A program made the position numbers and the translations under genes. A stretch of 27,888 nucleotides of DNA, from contig ACYB01000002.1 of assembly GCA_000175855.1 (NCBI GenBank), positions 1 through 27,888 on the forward strand. The letters are read 5' to 3'. The DNA is from Raphidiopsis brookii D9. Lineage in GTDB: Bacteria; Cyanobacteriota; Cyanobacteriia; Cyanobacteriales; Nostocaceae. Positions 18,130-26,859 of the stretch are shown in pieces. The notes beneath the pieces were generated by a model. It made no database searches, was not told the origin of the DNA, and saw only the letters and a program-made list of their open reading frames with translations. Each line of letters starts with the position of its first letter. The first letter of the stretch is position 1.

Positions 18130-20748
18130 TTATTGACCCAAATTTCCCCAATAGGCTTTGATATACAAATCTTGTAAATCACTAATCAGTGGATAACGGG
18201 GATTAGCACCTGTACATTGATCATCAAATGCTTGCTCAGCCATTGTTTCTAATTTCTCGTGGAAAGTTTTTTCATCGGTTTTAATGACATCCTTAATAGT
18301 TTGTGGAATCTCCACATCCTGTTTCAGTTTTTCCACAGCAGCAATTAACAGATCTACTTTCTCATCTTCCGTACCACCTCCCAAATGTAAGTGGTCTGCA
18401 ATTTTGGCATAGCGCCACTTGGCATTTGGATATTCATATTGGGGAAAAATAGCCTGCTTAAAAGGCGCATCGGTTGCGTTGTAACGAATCACATGGGAAA
18501 TCATCAAAGCATTAGCTAACCCATGAGGGACATGGAAAGTAGCTCCTAGTTGATGAGCCAGGGAGTGACATATACCCAAGAAAGCATTTGCAAATGCCAT
18601 GCCTGCGATCGTAGCTGCATAATGAACCTTTTCTCTAGCTTTAGTATCTTTACTTCCATTTTTATAGGCAGATGGTAAGTATTTAAACAGTAGTCGAATT
18701 GCCTCTAAAGCTAATCCCTTAGTATATTCAGAAGCGCAGATAGAAACGTAGGATTCAAGGGCATGAGTTAGCGCGTCAATTCCACCATAAGCTGTTAGCG
18801 ATTTAGGCATATTTAGCACTAATTCAGGATCTACAATTGCCATATTAGGAGTTAGTGCATAATCAGCTAAAGGATATTTGATCCCCGTCCGATCATCTGT
18901 CACCACTGCAAACGGTGTCACTTCTGAACCGGTTCCTGATGTGGTGGGAATAGCGACAAATATAGCTTTTTGTCCCAAGCTGGGTAGTTCGTATACTCGT
19001 TTGCGAATGTCCATAAACCGCATCGCTAACCCATCAAATTCTGTTTCTGGATGTTCATACATTAACCAGATCACCTTAGCTGCATCCATTGGGGAACCAC
19101 CACCAATTGCAATAATTACATCTGGTTGAAAACCATTAGTTTGAGCTAGTCCTTTATGAATTGTAGTTAAAGATGGATCAGGTTCCACATCATAAAACAC
19201 CTGGGTTTTAACGCCAATTTCCTCCAGTACACTGGTGACTTTAGTTGTGATTCCCAATTCAAATAATGGTTGATCTGTAATAATCAAAGCCCGACTTTTC
19301 CCTATTAAGTCCCCTAATGCAACTGGTAAACAGCCATATTTGAAATATACTTTTGGGGGAACCCGAAACCATAACATATTCTCCCGTCTTTCCGTTACGG
19401 TTTTGATGTTGATCAGGTGACGAGGACCCACATTATCACTGACAGAATTGTTTCCCCAACTACCACAGCCCAAAGTAAGAGACGGGTCAAGACGAAAGTT
19501 ATATAAATCACCAATTGCGCCCTGAGATGAAGGTGTATTAACTAATACTCGACTAGTGCGCAGGGTATTTTCAAATTCTGTAATTCTATCTCGTCTTTCT
19601 GGTGCTGTATAAAGGACAGAGGTGTGTCCCAGTCCAGCAAACTCAATTAATTTTTCAGCTATAGTTACAGCTTCCAGAAAATTTTTGGCTCGGTACATAG
19701 CTAAAATGGGAGAAAGTTTCTCATAAGATAATGGTTCCTGGGTGCCCACTTGATCTACTTCTGCAATTAGAACCTTAGCTTCTTTAGCTGTATCTAATCC
19801 AGACATTTGAGCCAATTTGGCTACAGATTGACCAACTATTTCTGGATTTAAGCGACCATTAATCAAAATTAAATCTCTAATCTTTTGCTTTTCTAGGTCA
19901 TTTAAGAAGTAAGCACCACGGCTGAAAAATTCTTGTCGCACATCTTCGTAAACATCATCTAAAACTATTACGGATTGCTCACTAGCACAAATCATGCCAT
20001 TGTCAAAAGTTTTGCTAATCAAAATTGAAGATACTGCCATTTTAATATGGGCAGTTTCATCAATTACCGCTGGGGTATTGCCCGAACCCACACCCAAGGA
20101 AGCATGACCTGAAGAATAAGCTGCACGCACCATTGCAGGTCCACCAGTGGCCAGAATTAAATTTATCTGGGGATGCTGCATTAGCTGCTGTGATAATGCT
20201 ACTGTTGGTTCATCAATCCACCCAATAATTCCTGCAGGAGCTCCAGCTGCTACCGCAGCATCCAGAACTATTTTGGCAGCTTCAATTGTGCATTTTTTGG
20301 CACGGGGATGGGGTGAAAAGATGATTCCATTACGGGTTTTAACAGCCAGCAAGGCTTTAAAAATAGCGGTTGAGGTGGGGTTGGTAGTGGGCACAATCCC
20401 TGCCAATATGCCCACAGGTTCGGCAATTCGCTGAATTCCAAACTGTTTATCATCTTCGATAATGCCACAGGTTTTTTCGTTTTTGTATTTGTTGTAGATA
20501 TATTCGGAGGCAAAGTGGTTCTTAATTACTTTATCTTCTACAACCCCCATTCCTGTCTCTTCTACTGCCATTTTAGCCAGGGGTATCCTCCCTGCATTAG
20601 CTGCACGAGCAGCTTGTTTAAAAATGTGATCTACCTGTTCTTGGCTATATTCAGCATATTTGACTTGAGCTGCTTTAACCTCTTGAATGAGAATTTGTAG
20701 ATCTTCTGAGGTTTTGACGGGGTTTGTAGTTTTTTGGGTTGTATACAT
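18130..20748 (-). CDS. adhE: Bifunctional acetaldehyde-CoA / alcohol dehydrogenase
   Basis: 872 aa. N-terminal ALDH domain (KTFDNGMICASEQS) plus a C-terminal Fe-ADH domain (GGGSPMDAAK, HSLAHQLG), collinear with enterobacterial AdhE. Confidence 0.92.
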   Translation of the reverse strand: MYTTQKTTNPVKTSEDLQILIQEVKAAQVKYAEYSQEQVDHIFKQAARAANAGRIPLAKMAVEETGMGVVEDKVIKNHFASEYIYNKYKNEKTCGIIEDDKQFGIQRIAEPVGILAGIVPTTNPTSTAIFKALLAVKTRNGIIFSPHPRAKKCTIEAAKIVLDAAVAAGAPAGIIGWIDEPTVALSQQLMQHPQINLILATGGPAMVRAAYSSGHASLGVGSGNTPAVIDETAHIKMAVSSILISKTFDNGMICASEQSVIVLDDVYEDVRQEFFSRGAYFLNDLEKQKIRDLILINGRLNPEIVGQSVAKLAQMSGLDTAKEAKVLIAEVDQVGTQEPLSYEKLSPILAMYRAKNFLEAVTIAEKLIEFAGLGHTSVLYTAPERRDRITEFENTLRTSRVLVNTPSSQGAIGDLYNFRLDPSLTLGCGSWGNNSVSDNVGPRHLINIKTVTERRENMLWFRVPPKVYFKYGCLPVALGDLIGKSRALIITDQPLFELGITTKVTSVLEEIGVKTQVFYDVEPDPSLTTIHKGLAQTNGFQPDVIIAIGGGSPMDAAKVIWLMYEHPETEFDGLAMRFMDIRKRVYELPSLGQKAIFVAIPTTSGTGSEVTPFAVVTDDRTGIKYPLADYALTPNMAIVDPELVLNMPKSLTAYGGIDALTHALESYVSICASEYTKGLALEAIRLLFKYLPSAYKNGSKDTKAREKVHYAATIAGMAFANAFLGICHSLAHQLGATFHVPHGLANALMISHVIRYNATDAPFKQAIFPQYEYPNAKWRYAKIADHLHLGGGTEDEKVDLLIAAVEKLKQDVEIPQTIKDVIKTDEKTFHEKLETMAEQAFDDQCTGANPRYPLISDLQDLYIKAYWGNLGQ

Positions 20749-20765
20749 GTTGGTAAGTTTAGTAA

Positions 20766-20793
20766 ATTTATGAGCTATAATTTATGAGCTATA
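20766..20793. repeat. Perfect 2 x 14-bp tandem duplication (atttatgagctata) in the pflA-adhE spacer
   Basis: Read directly: 20766-20779 equals 20780-20793. Confidence 0.9.
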
Positions 20794-20832
20794 TAGGTTG
20801 TCATTTCCTTGATTGGTTTTTAAAAATCTAAT

Positions 20833-21621
20833 TCATTGGACTTTAACTCCATAGCAACTGAAAATATCTTTGACTTTCTCTATTTCTTCTAGACTAGGAG
20901 GCATAGTATTCCCAAGTTCATAGTGATATCCTAGTTCATGCCATTTGTATTCACCTAATTTGTGAAAAGGTAAAATTTCTACTTTTTCCACATTGGTAAG
21001 TTTAGATACAAACTCTGCTAGTTGACGGACGTTTTCATCACCATCTGTCAGATAGGGAACCAGAACAAATCTTATCCATGTTGGCTTATTAATCTCTTGT
21101 AAATATTCCGCAAATCTCAAGGTTGGTTCGATGGAAACTCCCGCAACATGAAGATAGGTGTTAGGATCAAAAGACTTGATGTCTAATAAAACTAAGTCTA
21201 CAAATTCTAGCACGGACTTGGAGGTGGTTAAATCAGGAAATCCGGAAGTATCTAAGGCAGTATGAATGTTTAATTCTTGACACTGACGAAAAACCTCTCG
21301 GACAAATTCTGGTTGTAACAAGGGTTCTCCACCACTAATAGTAACTCCTCCACTAGTAAATTCCATATACGACCTATATTTTTCTATTTCTGTGACTAGT
21401 TCTCCTACAGTTATTTCTTTTCCTGTTTTCGTGTCACGGGTGTCAGGATTGTGACAATACAAACATCTTAATAGGCAGCCTTGGGTGAAAATGACAAATC
21501 TTATACCTGGTCCATCCACTGTACCACAGGTTTCTAGTGAATGAATACGACCCAATATTTGAGAACCTGGCGAAACAGTTGTTGGAGAATGATGGAGACT
21601 TTGAGAAGTTCTGGCATTCAT
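20833..21621 (-). CDS. pflA: Pyruvate formate-lyase activating enzyme (radical SAM)
   Basis: GRIHSLETCGTVDGPGIRFVIFTQGCLLRCLYCHNPD matches the PflA N-terminus and its CxxxCxxC cluster. It has a roughly 22-aa N-terminal extension relative to E. coli PflA. Confidence 0.9.
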   Translation of the reverse strand: MNARTSQSLHHSPTTVSPGSQILGRIHSLETCGTVDGPGIRFVIFTQGCLLRCLYCHNPDTRDTKTGKEITVGELVTEIEKYRSYMEFTSGGVTISGGEPLLQPEFVREVFRQCQELNIHTALDTSGFPDLTTSKSVLEFVDLVLLDIKSFDPNTYLHVAGVSIEPTLRFAEYLQEINKPTWIRFVLVPYLTDGDENVRQLAEFVSKLTNVEKVEILPFHKLGEYKWHELGYHYELGNTMPPSLEEIEKVKDIFSCYGVKVQ

Positions 21622-21698
21622 GGGGTATATAAATTAGATGAATTTTAGATGGATTAGTGAATTAAACGATCTGTTTTTTTCATCCTGAGTAGGAAAAA

Positions 21699-21875
21699 TT
21701 ATATATTAGCATTTGTTTGTGTTTTAACTGTGGAAAAACAATCATTAGTAGCCATTTTTAAGCCAAAGTCAACAAAATTAAATGTTTTAATATCTGATGG
21801 TGTACACGAGTGGTTCCGTATGCAGGACATAGAGAGATTTGAATCGTCTACTGCTATTTCTAAGTGTTGATACAT
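21699..21875 (-). CDS. Candidate 58-aa small ORF upstream of pflA (below the ORF-track cutoff)
   Basis: My translation is MYQHLEIAVDDSNLSMSCIRNHSCTPSDIKTFNFVDFGLKMATNDCFSTVKTQTNANI. GGAGGT (21881-21886, minus strand) lies 5 nt upstream of the ATG. I recognise no family. Confidence 0.3.
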   Translation of the reverse strand: MYQHLEIAVDDSNLSMSCIRNHSCTPSDIKTFNFVDFGLKMATNDCFSTVKTQTNANI

Positions 21876-21931
21876 TTTGCACCTCCTAAGTTTTCATGAA
21901 TGTGATAAAATTTCGATCATAAGGTGGTCAA

Positions 21932-21964
21932 CAATCAGAAACTCCGCTGATTGATTTTTGATTT
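21932..21964 (+). terminator. Terminator-like hairpin with a T-rich tail in the pflA / pentapeptide-gene divergent spacer
   Basis: 7-bp stem caatcag/ctgattg (21932-21938 and 21947-21953), 8-nt loop, then atttttgattt. Confidence 0.3.
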
Positions 21965-22070
21965 ACCTTAAGACTACTAGAAGAATTTGAGGAACTTGTG
22001 AGGAAACATCCTCAAAAATTAATAAACTCAACCAAAATCTTCATAAGATTATAAATGTGAGGCTTTATAT

Positions 22071-22448
22071 ATGTCTGAAGTAATTACTCCACGCCCAATC
22101 AATAGTGCTGATGAACTGATGAAAAGTTACACGGAGGGAATGAGATATTTTCAAAATGCACAACTAAGGGGAGCTGATTTGCATAACCTGGATTTAAAGG
22201 GTTCTGATTTAAGTTATGCTGACTTGAGCAGTGCTAATCTAAGTATGGCTAATTTGCGCGGATGCGATTTAAGCTATGCTGACCTAAGTGATGCAAATTT
22301 AGAAGATGCAGATCTGCGGGGCACTATGCTCTTTTATACAAATTTACGCCAAGCTAATTTACAGGGTGCTAAGTTAGATAATGCTTATTGGGATAAAAAC
22401 TCTCCTTTATTTCCCAATACAGAATCTACTAAAGATCCGATCCAATAA
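22071..22448 (+). CDS. Pentapeptide-repeat protein
   Basis: Runs of A(D/N)L.x quintets: [51 protein letters not shown]. Confidence 0.85.
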   Translation: MSEVITPRPINSADELMKSYTEGMRYFQNAQLRGADLHNLDLKGSDLSYADLSSANLSMANLRGCDLSYADLSDANLEDADLRGTMLFYTNLRQANLQGAKLDNAYWDKNSPLFPNTESTKDPIQ

Positions 22449-23789
22449 TGATTCGGTTACTTCTTCTCCGGTAATTTCCCCCAGCGCGTAAATTGCTCCT
22501 CTTAAATCAATTGTCCAAAAATCCAGCGGTAATTGGTCTACAATGGTTTTCTGCACTTGTACTAGATCTATCTGAGCTTTGATTAGAGCTGCTGCTTGTC
22601 TTTGATTAATAGCTAGGTCTAGATCCCCAGCTACAATCTTTTGAGTTTGTACTACTTCTAGAATCGCTTGCTCTAAATCTTCAATTCCTCGGTTTTGACC
22701 AGCAGCAGTTTTCACCGCTTTCTCCATGGTTGGACTACATATACCCCCTAGATCTTCCACTAGATCAATTTTGTTGATAACTAGGATCAATGGACGGTGT
22801 TTTACTTGTTGATAAATTTCCTCATCTCCACTTTGCCAACCCGCTTTAGCATCAATGGTTAATAATACTAAATCTGCACTGTTAGCAGCTTGACGGGAAC
22901 GCTCAACTCCAATTTTTTCCACCTGATCTACTGTTTCCCTAATTCCCGCAGTATCCAAAACTTGAATTGGTATTCCCCCCACCACTAACTGGGACTCTAC
23001 TATATCGCGGGTCGTACCTGGTAAATCAGTCACTATGGCGCGATCGCATTGACTCCAAGCATTTAACAAACTAGATTTTCCCACATTAGGACGACCAACA
23101 ATAGCAACTTTTAAACCGCTTCTTAATAATTCACCTTTCTCTTTAGTACTAAGTAACCTACTAACTTCCACACTAATTTGATTAATTTGAGTAATTATCT
23201 TTCCCTGGTCTAGGGGTGGTAAGTCCTCCTCAAAGTCAATTCTGGCTTCTATCTCCGCTAAAATATCTAAGCACTGATTCCGTAAATATCTAATCGGTTG
23301 AGCCAATTTCCCTCGCAAACCCGCTAGTGCTGTTTGTGCTGCTTGGGGAGATTTAGCACCCACCAAATCAGCTATGCTTTCAGCTTGGGTTAAATCCAAT
23401 CTACCATTTAAAAAAGCTCTTAAGCTAAACTCTCCCGGTTGAGCTAATCTCGCACCATTTTCTAAACACAGCTGTAATACCTGTTGTACTGGTATGATTC
23501 CCCCATGACAATGGAATTCTACCACGTCTTCCCTAGTGAAAGACCGAGGTGCTTTCATAATCAATAATAAAGCTTCATCTACGACCTGTTTGGTTTCAGG
23601 TTGACGGACAAACCCATACAAAATCCGGTGACTTTCCCAAATCTGTTTCCCTGGAGTATAAAATAAAGTATGGGCGATCGCCATTGCTTGGTCACCCGAA
23701 ACCCGCACAATACCCACACTACCCTGTTGAGGAACAACAGCAGTAGCTATAGCGGCGATCGTCCCAGTATGAGATAATAACTTTATCAT
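22407..23789 (-). CDS. mnmE: tRNA modification GTPase MnmE (TrmE)
   Basis: 460 aa. TIAAIATA...GIVRVSG N-terminus, G-domain [12 protein letters not shown] / DTAGIR / NKID, and the diagnostic C-terminal CIGK. Confidence 0.95.
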   Translation of the reverse strand: MIKLLSHTGTIAAIATAVVPQQGSVGIVRVSGDQAMAIAHTLFYTPGKQIWESHRILYGFVRQPETKQVVDEALLLIMKAPRSFTREDVVEFHCHGGIIPVQQVLQLCLENGARLAQPGEFSLRAFLNGRLDLTQAESIADLVGAKSPQAAQTALAGLRGKLAQPIRYLRNQCLDILAEIEARIDFEEDLPPLDQGKIITQINQISVEVSRLLSTKEKGELLRSGLKVAIVGRPNVGKSSLLNAWSQCDRAIVTDLPGTTRDIVESQLVVGGIPIQVLDTAGIRETVDQVEKIGVERSRQAANSADLVLLTIDAKAGWQSGDEEIYQQVKHRPLILVINKIDLVEDLGGICSPTMEKAVKTAAGQNRGIEDLEQAILEVVQTQKIVAGDLDLAINQRQAAALIKAQIDLVQVQKTIVDQLPLDFWTIDLRGAIYALGEITGEEVTESLLDRIFSRFCIGK

Positions 23790-23800
23790 AAAAACTAACT

Positions 23801-24001
23801 ATGGAACCAACAATTAATTGCGCCGAAGCCTGTGTTAATGGCTGTGTACTAGGAGATAAATGTCCCCATACTGAGTATAGAGCAGCAACAACAAAATTCA
23901 TTCAAGATACCCCCCTCGAAAAAATGTTAGAAATAGCTGAGGAGAGACTGCGGAAAAAGATAATGGAACCACCTAAATGGGTTTTTCCTGAAGATACCTA
24001 A
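23801..24001 (+). CDS. Small Cys-rich hypothetical protein (66 aa)
   Basis: MEPTINCAEACVNGCVLGDKCPH... has C-x3-C-x3-C-x5-C spacing. It lies on the same strand as hpnA/hpnH and directly upstream of them. Confidence 0.55.
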   Translation: MEPTINCAEACVNGCVLGDKCPHTEYRAATTKFIQDTPLEKMLEIAEERLRKKIMEPPKWVFPEDT

Positions 24002-24054
24002 AATTTAACATCCAAACTAGAGATACAAAATTTACGAGATAGAGGGGGGATAAC

Positions 24055-25041
24055 ATGCGGGCTTTTGTCACTGGTGGTACGGGTTTTGTGGGTGCTCACG
24101 TAGTTAGATGTTTACTACAATCAGGATATAAAGTAACAGCACTAGTGCGTAAAAATAGCCAGCTAGAAAACTTAAAGGGTTTAGAAATAGATATGGTGAT
24201 AGGGGATCTGAATGACCCAGGAATCTGGGAGCAGATGGGGGGTTGTCATTACCTGTTTCACTTAGCAGCTCATTATTCCCTGTGGCAAAAAGACCGCCAA
24301 CTATTATATCATCATAATGTGGAGGGGACGCGCAATCTTTTAAGATCAGCTCAAAAAGCGGGAATTGAACGGACAGTTTATACCAGCTCTGTAGCAGCTA
24401 TAGGAGTGGGAAAGTCAGGAGAAATTGTAGATGAGACCCACCAAAGTCCCCTAAACAAACTAGTAGGAGATTATAAAAAGTCTAAATTTCTAGCAGAGCA
24501 GGTGGCAAAAACAGCTGTTCAAGAAGGTCAAGACATAGTGATAGTCAATCCTAGCAGTCCCATAGGTCCTTTAGATATTAAACCCACACCCACAGGAGAT
24601 ATTATCCTCAGATTTTTGCGCCAGCAAATGCCAGCTTACGTAAATACAGGTTTAAACTTTATTGATGTGCGAGATGTAGCTCAAGGACATTTACTGGCAC
24701 TAGAAAAGGGAAAAACAGGCGATCGCTATATTTTAGGGAATGAAAATCTGAGTTTAAAACAACTGCTAGACACACTGGCAGAAATTACAGGAATCAAAGC
24801 ACCACAATTTTCCCTACCATCTTTTATCCCATTAAGTGTAGCTTGGATAGAAGAGAAGGTTTTGGCACCTTTAGGAAAAACCCCCACAGTTCCTATAGAT
24901 GGAGTTCGGATGGCACAACAACCAATGTATTATAATGCTTCCAAAGCCATCCGCATCTTGGGACTACCCCAGTCTTCCGTTCGGGTAGCACTCCAAGATG
25001 CTGTCCATTGGTTTGTGTCTCATGGTTATGTAAAATACTAG
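24055..25041 (+). CDS. hpnA: Hopanoid-associated sugar epimerase (NAD-dependent epimerase/dehydratase family)
   Basis: Rossmann motif VTGGTGFVG, YKKSKFLAEQ, VNPSSPIGPLDIKPTPTGDIIL, MPAYVNTGLNFIDVRDVAQGHLLALEKGKTGDRYILG. This matches the HpnA family pattern, and the gene is adjacent to hpnH. Confidence 0.8.
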   Translation: MRAFVTGGTGFVGAHVVRCLLQSGYKVTALVRKNSQLENLKGLEIDMVIGDLNDPGIWEQMGGCHYLFHLAAHYSLWQKDRQLLYHHNVEGTRNLLRSAQKAGIERTVYTSSVAAIGVGKSGEIVDETHQSPLNKLVGDYKKSKFLAEQVAKTAVQEGQDIVIVNPSSPIGPLDIKPTPTGDIILRFLRQQMPAYVNTGLNFIDVRDVAQGHLLALEKGKTGDRYILGNENLSLKQLLDTLAEITGIKAPQFSLPSFIPLSVAWIEEKVLAPLGKTPTVPIDGVRMAQQPMYYNASKAIRILGLPQSSVRVALQDAVHWFVSHGYVKY

Positions 25042-25052
25042 AGGAGTTTTGT

Positions 25053-26068
25053 ATGGCAATTAATCTGCAACAAGCGATGGATATTGGGAAGTACCTATTT
25101 AAACAACGTCTATCAGGAAAAAACGCTTCCCTTTAGTATTAATGTTAGAACCACTGTTTCGTTGTAACTTAGCCTGCTCAGGGTGTGGAAAAATCCAGCA
25201 TCCCACGGAAGTTCTTAAACAAAACTTGTCACCGGAGCAGTGTTTTGCAGCAGTGGAAGAATGTGGTGCACCCGTAGTTTCCATTCCGGGAGGAGAACCC
25301 CTATTACACCCACAAATTAATCAAATTGTCCAAGGTTTAGTAGATCGTAAAAAATACGTGTATTTATGTACCAACGGATTACTTTTAGAAAAGAGCTTGC
25401 ATAAGTTCAAACCGTCTCCCTATCTTACCTTTAGTGTTCATCTAGATGGAATGAAAGAGTGGCATGATCACTGTGTGGATAGAAAGGGAGTGTTTGATGT
25501 TGCTGTAGCGGCAATTCGTGCTGCTAAATCTCAGGGTTTTCGCGTCACAACCAACACCACCATTTTCACTGGTTGTAATGTAGAGGAAATGCAAGGGTTT
25601 TTTGATTTTCTAGAAACCTTGAAAGTTGATGGGATGATGATTTCTCCTGGTTACAGTTATGAATGGGCTCCAGACCAAGATCACTTTTTACAAAGGGAAC
25701 AAACTAGAGCATTATTCCGAGAAATTCTCGCCCCCTATCAATCAGGAAAGAAAAACTGGAACTTCAATCACAACCCCCTGTTCTTGGATTTTCTCATTGG
25801 GGAGAAGGACTATGAATGTACTCCTTGGGGTAGTCCCAGTTATAGTGTTTTGGGATGGCAAAAACCCTGTTACCTATTAAACGAGGGTTACTATCAAACT
25901 TTCCAAGAGTTACTAGACCAAACTGATTGGAGTAAGTATGGACATGCTAGCGGTAATCCTAAATGTGCTGATTGTATGGTGCATTGTGGTTATGAACCAA
26001 CTGCAGCAATAGATGCTATGCAACCACAAAACATAGCTCGTTCTCTCAGCACTGTTTTTGGTAGATAA
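25053..26068 (+). CDS. hpnH: Adenosyl-hopene transferase (radical SAM), with a frameshift 22 codons into the gene
   Basis: The ATG at 25053 is preceded by GAGGAG (25041-25046). It encodes [23 protein letters not shown], then the frame breaks at an A6 run (25118-25123). The conserved continuation [25 protein letters not shown] is in the frame of track ORF 25142-26068. Confidence 0.85.
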
Positions 26069-26078
26069 GCACAACTGG

Positions 26079-26124
26079 CCAAAAGGTTAGCCACAATTCG
26101 CCTTCAAGCTTCCTTTTGGTTTTT
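26079..26124 (+). terminator. Candidate intrinsic terminator after hpnH
   Basis: ccaaaagg (26079-26086) pairs with ccttttgg (26112-26119) and is followed by ttttt (26120-24). The loop is long (25 nt, with a possible extra agc/gct pairing), so this is only moderate. Confidence 0.35.
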
Positions 26125-26194
26125 AATATACAACATCTTAACTAGCTTCAAATTTTATTCCTAAAGTGTGATCAGGCTTATTCCATTGTTTATC

Positions 26195-26219
26195 TATATA
26201 GGCTTGTCAAGCCTATATA
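26195..26219. repeat. Perfect 11-bp inverted repeat with a 3-nt spacer (tatataggctt-gtc-aagcctatata)
   Basis: Read directly. It lies between the convergent hpnH and 26251-26604 genes and has no trailing U run on either strand. Confidence 0.8.
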
Positions 26220-26250
26220 AGTATTAGGACACTAAGTAATCAAATTGAAC

Positions 26251-26604
26251 CTAATCATAAAATTGGTAAGAACCACCTCCCAATTTGCAAATATTGATAT
26301 TATACTTTTCCACTACATCACCATCGGCAAATTTGGCTTGAAAGTCATAGTTGCAAGTTGTACGCTCATCATTGATATTAATTTCCGTCGCTTTTCCAGA
26401 TCCTAAAACATCATCTCCTAAGATATCGTTTTCCCAATTTTTAACCCCAGAAGGAGAAGCGTAAAATTCTGTCATATTTACCCTTGTTTTATTTTCCAAC
26501 ATGAAAGAAATATCTTCAGCCAAAACTTTGGATGTGTTGCCTATTACACTGGGAATAACCAAACCAACTACAGTCAAACCCATCAAAAACGTTCTTAGTT
26601 GCAT
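26251..26604 (-). CDS. Small secreted hypothetical protein (117 aa)
   Basis: Signal-peptide-like MQLRTFLMGLTVVGLVIPSVIGNTSKVLA. Two Cys residues (TTCNYD...INICK). AAGAGG lies upstream of the ATG. Confidence 0.6.
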   Translation of the reverse strand: MQLRTFLMGLTVVGLVIPSVIGNTSKVLAEDISFMLENKTRVNMTEFYASPSGVKNWENDILGDDVLGSGKATEININDERTTCNYDFQAKFADGDVVEKYNINICKLGGGSYQFYD

Positions 26605-26671
26605 AGCTACTTATAACCTCTTTAAGATTCAAAAGGATGTTTCGATACCCGTACCTTTTGGCGAAGGTCAG

Positions 26672-26739
26672 ATCATCGGGTAAGCGCACGATATAACTTA
26701 TCCCGTCTGTGATTTGCTTTCACCGAGTAGGGTTGCCAT
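26672..26739 (-). pseudogene. 5' fragment of a Uma2-family paralogue
   Basis: The minus strand from the ATG at 26737-26739 reads MATLLGESKSQTG then a stop. Residual homology (..LPDD..) continues out of frame, then similarity to the copy at 98-169 ends. Confidence 0.6.
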
Positions 26740-26772
26740 AAAAGTTACATTTACTTTTTTATTCTATCATCT
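26672..26772. repeat. Copy 2 of the dispersed direct repeat (partner 98-209)
   Basis: See copy 1. Same orientation, 26570 bp apart. Confidence 0.85.
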
Positions 26773-26859
26773 GGTAAGTTTTTTGATATGATTGTGGTAG
26801 CATTTTTTTGGGCTTCCTTATTTTCCAATAACTCTATTTAAACAACAATGGCAATCGCC

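Noticed and set aside
14836-20700. Antisense or alternative-frame ORFs 14836-15081, 16858-17076, 18878-19129, 20147-20434, 20268-20513 and 20515-20700
   Set aside because: All lie inside strongly supported CDSs (ACD/GNAT, pflB, adhE), and their composition is typical of shadow frames.
23719-26683. ORFs 23719-23901 (-), 25099-25284 (-), 25659-25880 (+) and 26501-26683 (+)
   Set aside because: They are shadows of mnmE and the small ORF, of hpnH, and of the 117-aa gene. ORF 26501-26683 also runs through the Uma2 stub.
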